From the human T2T-CHM13v2.0 reference genome, Homo sapiens: a stretch of 64,000 nucleotides of DNA. The notes beneath the pieces are model-generated. The model saw only the letters and a program-made list of their open reading frames with translations. It was not told where the DNA came from and searched no databases. The stretch is taken from assembly GCF_009914755.1 (NCBI RefSeq), contig NC_060934.1, one strand, 5' to 3'. Positions 14,490 to 29,314 of this stretch are shown here, one piece after another. The stretch's first letter is position 1. The number at the start of each line of letters is the position of its first letter. A program made the position numbers and the translations under genes.

Positions 14490-17400
14490 CGGGAACCATT
14501 ACTGAGCACTTCACTTAACTCAGGATCATACTCTGCCACGCTTCAATTCCTTACTCTCAAACATTTCCTTTCTTACCATGATTTTATAAAAGATATCTCC
14601 TATTTTAATGCATATTTGCTTCACTCTCCTCTTTAGTAGATTCTGTATCTACTGCAGATCTCTTAAATCTGCACAACAACCTAACTAAACTGCCGCATCT
14701 CCAAGAGAAAGCCCTATGACTAGTTAGTTCCTCTATGCTTTCTGCCACTTGTGGAACTATTCAGGCAGATGGTTGAGATTCAGGTCCAAGGAATTTTTCC
14801 ATCATGTGAGACTTTTTTGTGCCCGAGAAAAATTCAGCTACGAAGTACTTTGTCTGTAATTTAAGGTCAGAAGAGGTATCATCTCATTTCATTATGACAT
14901 GTTCCTCAAAATGGTTCCCATGTTTCAGCATGCTACACATGTGAAGGCAGGTAGGGAAAACACTGCAGGGCTTGGCCTCCATTGCACAGAAGGAATCTGA
15001 AATTCAAAGAAGATGCCATTTCTCCAGCTTGGGTCCAGATGAGGATTCAGAATATAACTCAAGGCTTTCAAAAGATGATTCATGGGTTGGAGGAATTACA
15101 GTGTGATATTTTTGAAGCGGGTGGAGAAGCCGTAAATTCCCATCATCTCATTGATTCCAAACTAGTATTCTCATGGTTGGAACCTAGAAACATGATAGCA
15201 GGTAAATTATTCTCTTTTTAGATGATAGGGAAGAAAGCCTTCTGAAAATATTAGTTTTCAATATTTTCAATAAAAGACAATTATTTATTTCACAGTAGGA
15301 AAACAAATATAGCAATTGCTCAGTATAAATTTTTAGTAGAGCCTATGTTATACTCTGATTTTTATAGTACCATTTCCCTTTCTGTAAAACTGGAATAAGG
15401 TTATTTGCCTTACCTCCTTTGCAAGATTCCTAGTAGGATCAAATAGGATAACAGATGAGGAATTACTTAAGAAACTATAAAGAACTCTAAATATAAGGGA
15501 GCATTGTTTTTATTTAGTAAGGGTTTTAAACAGTCTTAACGATTGAAGACCTCTTTAAAAGAATTTGCTGAGTATTTATCTCCATCCCTCACATCTAAGT
15601 TCACTTTATTTTGGCTGTATTTGTTTTACTTCTGTGCAACCTGCATCTTTGAAATTATTATTGAAAGTAAAATATTTATTTTCTTTAAAAATAAAGATAA
15701 GTGGGAACTTCAGCTTCTAGAAAAATGAAGCAGATGTACTTTTCCCTATTTTTTCTTCTAAATACAACTAAAAATCCTGAGCATTATATACAAAACAAAT
15801 ATCAGAAAGCTCTGAAAGGTGGATGGGGAGGGAGGAAGATGGGCCAGGAGCCAGGAGACCTGACGAACAACACAATGATGAGCTATATGGATTTTCTTTT
15901 TGATTCATGTATCCCAGACTGAATGCTGGAAAAGCCAGCAACCTAGAAATGCAAATAGGTACAGACAAAAAAGCCTTAGCAAAAACCTGCTGTCTCTAGC
16001 AAACGGACAAGGTAAGGGGTGGCCTACCAAGAAAGAACACTTTTGGTGAACAATCACTCCGCTACAGCATCACAGAAAACGTGGAAGTCCAGGTTTACCA
16101 CTTGGCCTTTGCTGTCATGGATGGGGATGGGGCCCATTCCCACCAGGCTGCAAGGAAAACACCCAAAATCCACCCCCATCCCCACTGGAGTGGTGTTAGA
16201 GATGGCTATGTAGCTGGGACTTTCATCCCTGCCAGGTGATAAGGAGCTCCCCCACCCCCAACCCCATCATGTCCATGTGAAATCAGTGAAGGCCATATGG
16301 GAAGCCTGAACTTTAGCCCCCACTTAAGAGTAATGAAATGCCCCTATTCCCTGACTCCATTGGAATGGTATCAGAGGGGACCTGAATAATCAGGAATTGG
16401 AGACCACCACACCCTGGGGTGTCAATAGTGGCCTAATGAGGAATGAGAACTCTCACACATACTAGCCCTAACAAGGAACCTCTCCCCTCCAAGTTGGGTA
16501 TCAACAGAGGCCAAGAGGGAACTGGATTTCCACCCCTACCTGACCAATAGGAGGTGAGGCCCTCTCTTCAAAATGGTTCATCATTCCAAGAATCAGGATG
16601 ATCTCAAACTGAGTGAAAAAAGTCAATTAAATGCCTACACTGAGATGATAAAGATATTCAAATTATCTGACTAAGATTTTAAAGCAGCCATGATGAGAAT
16701 GTTTTGCTGGGCAATTATGAACAACATGAAATGAATAAAAAAATAGAGTCTTGGCCAAGCAATACAAAATAAATATAAAGAAAAACCAGATGGGAATTTC
16801 ATAACTAAAAATATAATAACAAATTTAAAACTCTATAGGTAAGCACAAAAGCAAAATGAGGGAAAAGAGGAAAGAATCAATGGATTTGAAGATAGAACAA
16901 TAGGATTACCTGACCTGAACAAAGGAGAAAAATTAGACAGAAAATAAATGAGCATAGCTTCAGAGTCATATGGAACACTGATAAAAGATCTAATATTTGT
17001 GCCACTGGAATTCCAGAAAGACAGGAAAAAGAGAATGAAGTTAAAAAAAAAAAAGTACTGGAAGAGTGACTGACTGAAAACATCCCAAATTTGGCTAAAC
17101 ACATAAATTTTATGTTCAAGAAACAGAGTGAACTCAAAACAGAAGGGCCCCAAAGAAATCTACATCAAGACACATCATAGTCACACTTCTTAAAACTAAA
17201 GATAGATTTTAAAATCCTGAAAGCAATGAGAGAGAAACAATACCTTACATATAGGAGGAAAACAATGCTAGTGGTAATGAAATTCTTAACAGAGACCACG
17301 GAGACCAGAAGGAAGTGGCATAACCTTGATCAACTGCTGAAAGAAAATAACTGTCAACACAGAATCCTATATCCAGAAAAAATATTCCTCAGGAATGAAG

Positions 17401-18823
17401 GGAAAATCAAAACATTTTCAGATGGAGAAAAACTAAGAGAATTTGTTGCCAGCAGACCTACCCTAAAAGAATAGCTAACAGAAGTTTTCTAAACAGAAAG
17501 AAAATGATAAAGGACTCTTAGACTATCAGCAAGAAGGAAAGATTATGAAAAGCAAAAATATGGGAGACTTCATTTCTCTTTTTGAGTCTTTTAAATTATG
17601 TTTGATGATTGGAGCAAAAATTGTAATACTGTCTAATGTGGTCCCAAATATACTAAAGAAAATATTTAACACAATTTTATTATACGGGGAAGGATAAATG
17701 GACATAAAGGGAAATAATGTTTCTACACATCACTTAAACTAGTAAAAAGATCACACAGGTAGACTGATAAGTTATGTGTATATAATATAATATCTGGAGT
17801 GACCACTTAAACAGCCATAAAAAGAGATATATTAAAAACACTTCAGATAAATCAAAATGGAATTCCAAAAAAATGTTCAAGTGAAACACAGGAGGTCAGG
17901 AAACAGAAAACAAAAATGAAAAACAGTGGGAGAATCAGAAATAAAATAAAGTGGCAAATGTAATGCCTAATAAGCCAATAATAATTTTAAATGTAAATGG
18001 TGTGCATACACCAATTAAAAGACCCAGACATTGGCAAAGTAGATTTAAAAATATCACCCAAGTATATCTTGTCCATAAGAAATTTACTTCAAATATAACA
18101 AAGTACGTAAGTTGAAAGTAAAGGATGAAAAAAGATATCTTATGCAAATATTAATCAAAGAAAATCAGAGTGAAGAAAATTACCAGTGACAGAGAGCAAC
18201 ATTGTATAACAATGAAAAAGTCAATCTACTAAAAAGACATAGTAATCCTAAATGCATAGGCAGCAAACAATAGAGCTGCAATATGTAAAGTAAAAGTTTA
18301 TAGAACTGAAAGGAGAACTAGGCAAATCCACAATTTTCACTGGACATTAACACCTCTCTCAATAATTTATAAAACAACTAGGCAGAAAATTAGCAAGGAT
18401 ATAGAAGAATTCAACAACACCATCATCTGTCACGATCTAATAAATATTTAAAAAACATTTCACCAAACATTAGCAGAATTCCCATTCTTTTCAAGTGCCC
18501 ATTGGAACATACGCCAAAATAGACTACATTCTGGACCATAAAACAAACAAATTTAAAAGATTGAAGTCAAACAGAGGGTGTTCTCTGACCAGTAGAGATC
18601 AATAACAGAGAAATGAGAAGAAAAATCTCTAAATACATGGAAACAAAGTACACATTTCCAAATCATCCATGGGTCAAAATGGATATCTTACGGGAAGTCA
18701 ACAAATACATAGGACTAAATGACAGAAAAATACACTGTATCAAAATTTGTGGGACACAGATTAAGTGGAACTTAGAGGGAAATTTCTAGTACTAAATGAC
18801 TACTTTAGAAGAGTCTCAAATCA

Positions 18824-19083
18824 CACTTTGGGAGGCTGAGGCAAATGGATCACCCGAGGTCAGGAGTTCGAGACCAGCCTGACCAATATGGTGAAACACC
18901 ATCTCTATTAAAAATACAAAAATTAGCTGGGCATAGTGGCGTGAAACTGTAGTCCCAGTTACTCAGGAGGCTGAGACAGGAGAATTGCTTGAACCCAGGA
19001 GGTGGAGGTTGCAGTGAGCCAAGATAGTATCAACCACTGCACTCCATCCTGGGCAACAGAGTGAGACTCCATCTCAAAAAAAA
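18824..19083 (+). mobile_element. 5'-truncated AluS inserted in L1 ORF2
   Basis: Perfect 17-bp TSD agaagagtctcaaatca (18807-18823 and 19084-19100). Confidence 0.95.
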
Positions 19084-21003
19084 AGAAGAGTCTCAAATCA
19101 ATAATCTAAGCTTCCATCTCAAGGACCTAGAAGAAGAGCAAACTAAACCCAAAGCAAGCAAAGACAAGAATAAAAATCAATGAAATTGAAAACAGAAAAA
19201 CAACAGAGAAAAATCAATGAGACAAGGAGCTGACTCTCTAAGAGATAAATAAAACTGACAAACTTATAGCAAGGTTGACAAAGAGAAAGAGAAGACACAA
19301 ATTACCAGTATCAGGAATGAAACATGGAATATAGCTCTACAGATCCTGAAAACATCTAAAGGGTAGTAAAGGAATACAGCAACAACATTGCATACATAAA
19401 TGTCACAATTCAGATGAAACAGACCAATGACTTGAAAAAACAAACATACTACAACTTGCCCAATATGAAATAGATAATTTAAACAGCCCTGTAACTATTA
19501 AGGAAATTGAACTCATAATTTTAAAATTCCCAAAAGAGAAATCTCCAACCCAGATGGTTTCACTGGAAAATTCTGCCAAATGTTTTAAGTATTAACATCA
19601 ATTCTACACAATATCTTTTAAATAATAGAAAAGAATGAAATGCTTCCCAATTTATTTTACAAAGCTAATATTAATCTTATAGCAAAACCAAAGACAGTAC
19701 AAAAAAATGAAAACTATAGACTAATATTCTTCATGAGTAGAGGTGCAAAAATCCTTAATAAAATATTGACAAATAGAATTCAGCAACATGTAAAAAGAAT
19801 TATACACCATGATCAAATGGAAATAATTTCAAGGACACAAGGCAGGTTCACTATTTGAATGTCAATCAATGTAATTTATTATGACAGAAAAATCAATTGA
19901 TTATATTAGTTGAGGCAGTAAAAGCATTTCACAAAATTCAACACCCATTAATGATAAAAACAAAAATCTCAGAAAAATAGAAATCAAGGAGACATCTTCA
20001 ACTTGATAAATAACATCAGTAAAAAAAACTTACAGCTATTATATTTAATGGTGAAAGACTGAATGCAAGTCAAGGATGTCCACTTTCACTGCTCTTATTC
20101 AACATAGTGTTGGAATTGCTAGCCAGTGGAATAAGGCAAGAAAAGAAAAACAAAAGGCACACAAATTGGGAAAAATAAAATAAAACGGTCCCTATTTGCA
20201 GGTGACATAATTGTCAACATAGAAAATTTCAAGGAATCTACAAAAAAAAACTCCTAGAACTAATAAAGGAGTTCAGCAAGTTTACACGATACCAGATAAA
20301 TATGGAAAAATCCATTATAGTTCTATATAGCAGCAATGAACAACAGCAAAATTGAAAATACAATGCCATTTACTTCCATTTCAAAAAATAAAATACTGAA
20401 TTGTTAATGTAAAAATACATGTACAGGGCTTGTATACTTAAAGCTACACAATGCTGATGAAAAAAATCAAAGGTCTAAATAAATGGTATAACATATTCCA
20501 TGCATGAATTGAAAGACTCACCATAACAAAGATGCCAATTCTACCCAAATTGATATGCAGGCTTATCATAATTCATATTAAAATCTCAGCAGGACTTTTA
20601 TAGATATAGAAAAGATTATTCTAAAATCTATATGGAAAGGCATAGGGGCTACAACAGCTAACAAATTTGAAAGAGAAAAAATAATTTGGAAGAATCAATG
20701 TACTAGATATCAAGACTGTTTATCTAGCTACCATAATCAAGACTGTCATATATGCAGAGGGATAGATGCATAAATCAATGGAATAGTATGGAGAACCAAG
20801 AAATGGGCCCACACAAATATACTCAATTGATTTTTGACAAAGGTGAAAAAGCCAGTTCAATGGATGAAAGACAGCCTTTTCAATGAAGGGTACTACAGCA
20901 ACTGGATAACCATAGGGGGAAAGTAATCTTGAGCTAACCCTCACACCTCATCCAAAAGTTAACTCAAAATGGATCACTAACTTAAGTATAAAAGATAAAA
21001 CCA

Positions 21004-21320
<317 letters not shown>

Positions 21321-22865
21321 AATCAAAATGGATTTTGAGGGTTTTTTTCTTAGGGAAAAAATTGAGAAAATCTTCAGAATTTAGGGTAGGTAAAGTTATT
21401 AGATTTGTCACCAAAATCACATTCCATAAAAGAAAAATTTGATAAATTATACTTCATCAAATTAAAAACGTTTTCTCTGCAAAAGATCATGTTCAAAGAA
21501 TAAAAGACAAGCTACAGAGTGGGAGAAAATATATGCAAACCACATATCTGACAAAGGACTAATATCTAGAATATATAAAGTACTCTCAAAACTCAACAGT
21601 GGGAAAGCTAGCAATCAAAATAGAAAATGGGCAAAAGGCATGAATAGACATGTCACTGAAGAGGACATACAGATGGAAAATGCTAAAATTAAAATATAAC
21701 AACACCAAATGCTGGACATGATGTGGAGAAATTGGGTCACTCATACATTGCTGATGGGAATGCTAAATGGTACAACCATTCAACCATTCTGAAAAACCAT
21801 TTGGCAGTTTCTTAAAAAAGGAAACATGCACTACCATCTTCAGCAATTACACTCCTGGGCATTTACACCAGAGAAATAAAAACTTAGATTCACACTAAAA
21901 CCTGTCAGTGAATGTTTACAGTAGTTTTATCTGTAATAGCCAAAAACTGAAAACGACCCAGATATTCTTCAACAGGTAACTGTGGTTCATCCATTTCATG
22001 GACTATTACTTGGCAATAAAAAGTAATGAACTCATAAAACACAACAATCCAGATGAATTGCCAGAGAATTGTGTTTAGTGAAAAAATCCAGTCCCAAGAG
22101 ATTACATATTCTATGATTTCCCTTGGGTAACACTCTTGATGACAAAATTATAAAAATAGAGACCAGTTGAGTAGTTCCCAAGGGTTAAGGAGTGGTGGAA
22201 TGGGAGGGAGATGGGTGTGGCTATAGAAGGGCAATGTGAGGGACCCTTGCGGTGTTAAAAATGTTCTGTATCTTGACTTTATCAATGTCAGTATCCTTTT
22301 TGTGAAATGGTACTATAGTTTTGCAAACTGTTCTCATTGAGGGGAATTGGGCGAAGGGTACAAGGTATCTATATGACTTTTTACAATTTCATTTGAATCT
22401 AGAATTATCTCAAAATTAAAAGTTTAATTTTTAAAAATACAGGAAAGGGCTGATAAAGCTGTAAGACGAAAGAATGATATTTGAGTAATAAACCAATTAA
22501 AACCCAACAACTTTCAAAAATGAAAAGAAGCATCAGAGAAGAAATCATGAAAACAGAAGAGATCGAAACACTAATAATAATATTCCATTTCAGATGTTCT
22601 TTGAGTGTCCACGACTTGCTGGGAGTCATTATATTTTAGCTATTAGGACACATTAATCACAAAATATTGCTACCCCTTCTGTTCTTTTTACTTTACCTCC
22701 CATCTCAATGGCCTGCTGTGATTGCTATAAACACTTCTGAGTTATTAAATCTTTAGATGTTATTGTAAGAACGTGAAGACTTCTATGGTATAATGATCAA
22801 TTATATTTATAGGCAGTATTTACCCTAAATAGAAATAAAATCTGAGGAAAAACATACTTCAAAGT

Positions 22866-23243
<378 letters not shown>

Positions 23244-23357
23244 TTATGATACATTGAAGTGAAGCTTTTATCGCCCTCCTCACATCCAGAAGTAGAATTA
23301 CTGTTCCCTTCTGTTAAATCCATATGGCTTCTATGACTGCTTCAACCAACAAAGGGA

Positions 23358-24706
23358 TGTCATGCCATCATTTATCTGCATTGGCATTCCTTCCAACTGA
23401 TGAAGTTCTGGGAGCTGTCTGATGAACTAAAGCTGCATTTGCCTGAAGAAGACAACAAAGTTACTAACTGGTTGGAAAATAATTATGTGTTTGGTAAGAT
23501 AAGAAGTGACTTTCCCAATGGTGTTGCTGTCCCATCACCTGTATCGTTTCTGCCAGATCTGTGGCCTGTATACAAGAACATGGGGAATGGATTTCCACAT
23601 GCGTAGATACATACATACAAAACAACATAGAAGCATAGAACAAAAAATGGGAAAATGTAATAGGGAAGTTTCATGTCAGTGTATATCGAATCACAGAAGA
23701 ATTTCAAAAAGAGCAATGCTACATAGAAAATGGATGGGAACATATTTTCTGAGGACCCATGCCCTAAAAAGGAAAAAGCAGCTATTCATCAAGATATAAG
23801 CCTTCAAAATATTGTCAATGATCATGAACACCAGCCAGTTTTTATGGACTACCTCTGAAATTAATTGCCCATAACCTATCCCTGTAATGCACTTTTGCAT
23901 ATGTCAAATTTTCTTTTTAGTTTTTGGGGAAAGGGGTTGTGTTATTTTCTTGTCCCTCCCCCCGCCCCACCACTATTTTAAACTGTTGGTGTTATTTTTT
24001 ATAACTCATTATGCTATGTATTTCATCCTGGCATTATTTCCAATACTGGAGGTATAAACTCTATAAAGACTTTTAGAGTTCTACTTTGCTTTATGCAATT
24101 TTTGCAAATTTGACTCCATGAAAGTGCATCATCATGATACTGACCTTGTGTGTAAGCATTATGTATGTGCGCAAAAACACTGAAACTTCCGCAACAAATG
24201 AAGAGTTGTCTTTTTTGTACATCTGCATTTGTGAAAGATGAAATTTCTCCATGTCTCAGCTCTTTAGATGACTGCATATGCGGTAGTGATTCCTTGCGGT
24301 TTTTGATCTTGTCAAAGACTTAGGTTGTTTGTCAAGGTATTTCAGATGACTGCAGTTACAAAGCTGGGTGCAATTGGGTTTTTACATTTTCCTTTTGACC
24401 TATTCCTTTATGAATATGGTTCATCTGCTCGCAACTGTTATATCCATGTGACTGTCTTTAGCACTCGAATATTTATGCTTGCAAAAATATGTTATTATTG
24501 ACTATTTTACTGTTTAAAGTGGTGTATAAAGTATTGTCATGTTTTATATTTTTCTCAAATAAATCCCCCTTCAAAAATGTAAATGAACATCTTTTAAGGA
24601 AATTTTTATTTTTCTGAATTGTATTTCTGGAATTTTGATATTTCAGGATTCCAATATTTGGGATTATGGAGTTTGGAGTGATATCTTCCAGGATTATGGC
24701 CCAAAC
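23358..24706 (+). mobile_element. Ricksha (MuDR/MULE) DNA transposon 3' part with decayed transposase
   Basis: Translation LAFLP.DE...ELKLHLPEE..KVTNWLENNYVFG...LWPVY...NNIEA...EFQKEQ resembles a MULE transposase C-terminus. Terminus ggattatggcccaaac with subterminal ggatt repeats. Confidence 0.75.
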
Positions 24707-24762
24707 TTGGTGTAAAGGGATTGAGAGAGTAACATCCCGAGAGCAGTGGTCCCCAGTTCAAA

Positions 24763-25140
24763 CTCATTAATTCACTCATTCAACAAATGCTCACCTATCT
24801 TAAGAAAGAGACAGGCCCTGAGAGTTGAAGCAGAGAGCAAGGCAGGTACACGCCCTGATTGCTTGGAACATACAACTTGTGGGGAGACCAACATCAACCC
24901 ATCAACCCCAGGTGTAAATGTAAAATCTTACCTGTGGGAAGTGTCTCTGACTAGAGATAGCCTGTGCCACACAAGCCACAGTGTCTGAGGCAGCCAGAGA
25001 GGCAGAAACACTGAAGACTTCCCTCAAAATAACCATTGCATGTGACCCATGGGTGCATGAGCAGACTGCTAAGACCAGAAACTGGATTGCAGTAGACCGA
25101 GGACTAAGTGGAAAGGGGAAAAATGGAGACAATGAGTTGG
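24763..25140 (-). mobile_element. L2 3' fragment
   Basis: tcattaattcactcattcaacaaatgctc is a reversed L2 tail. Confidence 0.6.
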
Positions 25141-25148
25141 GATATCTC

Positions 25149-25418
25149 TTTTTTTTTCTTTTTTTGAGACAGAGTTTTTTGCTCTTGTTGCCCAGGCTGT
25201 AGTGCAGTGGCGTGATCTCAGCTCACTGCAACCTCCGCCTCCCGGGTTCAAGCGATTCTCCTGCCTCAGCCTCCTGAGTTGCTGAGATTACAGGCACCCG
25301 CCACCATGCCCAGCTAATTTTTTTGTATTTTTAATAGAGATAGGTTTTCATTATGTTGGCCAGGCTGGTCTCGAACTCCTGACCTCCTGGCAGTGATCCA
25401 CCTGCCTCAGCCTCCCAA
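25149..25418 (-). mobile_element. 5'-truncated AluS (Sp/Sq-like), antisense
   Basis: TSD ggga(t/c)atctctt. Confidence 0.92.
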
Positions 25419-26435
25419 GGGACATCTCTTAAAGAGGTTTGGTTGTTGAGAGGGGATGGTAGCTGGTTGGGGGGTGGGAATTCAGGATGGATTATTTTTA
25501 TTCCGTGAGATTTGCACATATTTAAAATCCAATAGACAGGATCCATTTGAGAAAATGTCGAATATACGAGAGGAAATGGATATTAGTCAATAGTGTGCAT
25601 TTGCTCAGAGGACAGGAGGAAGAGGGACTCAAAAGCACACAGTTAGGACAGCCTTTTAAACAGGAGGAGAGACGGCTTTAATTATTGTAAAACAGAAAAG
25701 GATGTGAGAGAAGAGAACAGATGTGGGTACATTTATATGTGTGGATTGTGAGAAATGGGTAATTCTCAGCTGAAGGCGTCTACTTTTTCTGTGAAGTAAA
25801 AGAAGTAGCATGGTGAGGGTTCAGGGGTATTTGCAGTTGGAAATTTGCAATCTTACCTGAGTGACAGAAGTCACTCCAGCTATTTAAACAGAGATAATTT
25901 AATATAAAGAATTGTTAATAAGACCAAAGCTTATTAACTAGATAACTGAGAGATATAAAAAGATCATTCTAAGGCATCACACAGCCATGAACTATTCCTT
26001 TGAAGGGATAGACCATAATTTATCCAACCATTATTTAATGGTTGAACATTTTGGTGATTTCTGATTTCTCACTGTTCTACATGATGCTTCTGTACACATC
26101 TTTGTGTATACTAGCTCTTCTGTACTCAGAATATTTCCCTAGAAAAAAATGACTCAGACAGAATTATTGGGTCAACAGGCATAATTTAAGAAAAAGTATG
26201 ACGGTCTCTGGAGTTGGAAAATGACTGCAAGAAGCACAAGTGAATTCATATCTGGTTGTCTGGTGGATGGGGTCATTGAGAGTGCAAAACAGGAGGGAAT
26301 TTTGTTCTTGATCCTTGGTAGGGGAAGACAATGGGCAGGGCTTCATCTGTCCCAAGTTTTAGCACCTTGGCTAAGCCCCATGACTGGTGTCTGAGTCTCA
26401 CAGACGGGTGCTGAGGGTCAGGGGTCTTCCCCTTG

Positions 26436-26798
26436 TGTATTAGTCCGTTTTCACACTGCTGATAAAGACACACCCAAGACTGGGTAAATGACAAACAGAA
26501 GTTTAATGGACTTACAGTTCCACATGGCTGGGAAGGACTCACAATCATGGCGGAAGGCAAGGAGGAACAAGTCACATCTTACACGGATGGCGGCAGGCAA
26601 AAAGAGAGCTTCTGCAGGGAAACTCCCGTTTTTAAAACCATCAGATCTCGTGAGACTCATTTACTATCAGAACAGTGCAGGAAAGACCCGCCCCCATAAT
26701 TCAATCACCTCCCACCAGGTGCTTCCCACAACACGTGGGAATTGTGGGAGTTACAATTCAAGATGAGATTTGGGTGGAGACACAGCCAAACCGTATCA
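26436..26798 (-). mobile_element. THE1 (THE1B-like) solo LTR
   Basis: tgtattagtccgttttcacactgctgataaagac...gatgagatttgggtggagacacagccaaaccgtatca; TSD ccttg/ccatg. Confidence 0.92.
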
Positions 26799-28654
26799 CC
26801 ATGTGTCAGCAGGACTTGAACCTGTGTTGTCAGCATTTGGAGGAGCCCGAGAATCACAGCTCTGCTGCAGCCTCTGGGTTGGCCACTTAGGAACCATCTA
26901 GAATAAGCGCTCTAGCCTGGAAATCCATGTTGTCACTATGAGTCCTGCCCGTGGAGGACAGTGATGAATTTCCCCTTCAGAGTGATCCCTGGGGAGGGGA
27001 GCCAGAGTGGACTGCCTGTGTCTGTTTGTGGGAGCTCATTCAAAAACCCTCTGAGGTCCCCCAGATGGAGCTGCACACTGAGGGGCCCCAGGTATTATGT
27101 AGGTGGGACAGGAGCAAGGTCGTGTGTGGTTTATTCATTAGCGTGGGGCCATTTGCTCCCTCAAGCTGGTAAAGCCTGAGAAAATTAAGGCTCGTGTTTT
27201 TATTTTTTTTAATTATTATTAAAAAGTATGTATTGCCTAAGGACGTAAAACAATGAAACTGTTTTCTAAAACCCCCTTTTAAATGACCTTCCTGAGACCA
27301 GAAGATGAAGGGAGAAGTAGAAGTGGAAAATGGGTTGGGAGTCTTTTCTGACTGTGTTTTGAGGACAGGATATCCGCATGCCAAGCCCGTGGGTGAGAAA
27401 AGAGGCAAAAGGCAGAGTAATTTCACATCCATGTGACTGAAAACAGGTTGGAGGTAGGCTCTGCTCTACAATCCTTGGGGGGTGGGAGGACTCCAGCCAC
27501 CAGCTTTAGAGCCAAATAGATGGAAATTTCTAGCAAGAGAAAACACGGAGGGTATTTGCTACTTCCATTTCTCCTGGGAGAAATTATGCAGAATTCTTCA
27601 GCAGACCTTAGGACCTTTCCTGAGTCTGCGCAATGCGACTGGGAATTAGATTTGGCCAGAAAGGACTGAGGCCTCGGAGTCCTCAGCAAGTGCTTAGCAG
27701 GTTACTCTACGGACTCCCCATTGGAGATTTCGCTGAACGGAATGACTTGAAAACGATCCAGTCAATGACAAAGCACTGTTGGCAACAGAGCCTTTGCAAG
27801 TCAGTGGAAAACGAACTCTTCATCCTATGAGACAAACCCTTGGCCACCTGGGTCAATAATTATGGAGTTGTTTGGGCTGGAAGGAACTTCGCCTGGGTCA
27901 TTTAGTTCATTCCCAGGCATTGTGGTGGGATAGAGTTCATTACTCTGAACAACCTGTAATAAAGAGGTCCCTCCTCCCACTCAAAATAGCTCCAGGGATG
28001 GAAATTCCACTTTTTTTGGCAGTTCGTTCCCTTAATTTGCTAGTTCTTTTTTTCTACACAATCCCTGATTTTTGTTGTTGTTGGTTTTTGTTTTGTTTTG
28101 TTTTGTTTTAACTTCTTCAAGCTCTGAGCCCATGTTTTCCCTCCTGTAACTTAAGCCATTGAAAGCGATTCCTTCGATAACATCTTCTCACCTATTGTGA
28201 AACTGCTAGGGGGCCCTGTCTGTCTTCCCTTGTGTTCCTGAGACAGAACATGGTTCAGGCTCTTAACCGTTCAGTCTTCCAAATCCTGAGTGGCTCGCTT
28301 TTGTTTGTTTGAAGTTTTCAACATCCTTTAGCCAAACTCTCTAAAATCACTGCATCGCATGAAAAAAATAAACTCACAAAAGCATCCGCTGGGTGTGACG
28401 TGGATGCCCCAAGTTCTTCACCTTCTGGCTCCCAGGGAGTTTTAATGGTGGTCCTTAAAGGATGCGTGCAGGAAAGGATTTCAGACGGAATTACCATGAA
28501 ACAATTTCTCTGCATGGATATTCAAGGGGTGATGAGGGTGAGTTTACTATTCAGTGCTGATTAAAACACACAAGTGAAAGACAATCCCAAGTACAGCCAC
28601 CTCATCTCGTAAATAAAACCCAAATGCAAGGCTGTTAATTTCCTCCCGGAATCT

Positions 28655-28657
<3 letters not shown>

Positions 28658-28697
<40 letters not shown>
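28658..28697. repeat. (TC)n microsatellite
   Basis: Direct inspection. Confidence 0.98.
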
Positions 28698-28700
<3 letters not shown>

Positions 28701-29127
28701 CAGTATTTTCCTCAGCTCCCCTTGGCGCCCCACCCACCCACACATCCAAGCTGCCCTTGGGTAAACCCCATGCTTCCTTTGAAGTTCAGCTGTTTCCATC
28801 CAGGCAGCTGGACACAAAGCTGAGTAAGGCGCCCCTCAGCCTCCTCCTGGCTATTCAGGGCCCTGAGCTGCACTCCGGGGGCCTCAGAGCTAATCTGAGG
28901 CTTGTTTCATCTTCCCAAGCATGGGTTCCCAAGGTAGGATGCGTGAGTTGGTTTTGTCTGTGCTTCCCCTTCTAGGCACCCAGTCCTGAAGAAGTACAGG
29001 GCCCCCAGTGGGGTAAATGGTCCTAGTTGTGATAAAGGTCAGGGCCCACTCAACACCTCCCCCTCCTCTAGGCAGCCCCTGCCGACAGCACCCTGGTCCA
29101 CTCGGATCTCTGTCTCCTCTAGGTCTT

Positions 29128-29314
29128 TGTTCTTCAGCAGAAGGTCTGTGGGCCCCCAGCATCCGGATCGCCTGGGAAACTTGGTAGAAATGCAAATTCC
29201 CTGGCTTACTCCAGACACACCAAAGCGACATATCTGGGGATAGGGCTCAGATGTCTGCATCTTTATCCACCTCCCTCAGGTGCTCCTTGGGCCAGGGAAG
29301 GTGGAGAAACGCTG
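29128..29314. mobile_element. MER5A-like hAT MITE
   Basis: cagcatc...cctgggaaacttggtagaaatgcaaattcc...tctgcatcttta...ccctcaggtg...gagaaacgctg. Confidence 0.7.

Noticed and set aside
17226-19858. ORFs resembling L1 ORF1p and reverse transcriptase
   Set aside because: Short decayed remnants of an ancient L1, not functional.
28203-28217. Weaker CTCF-like motif CTGCTAGGGGGCCCT
   Set aside because: Deviates from the consensus at key positions; no supporting context.
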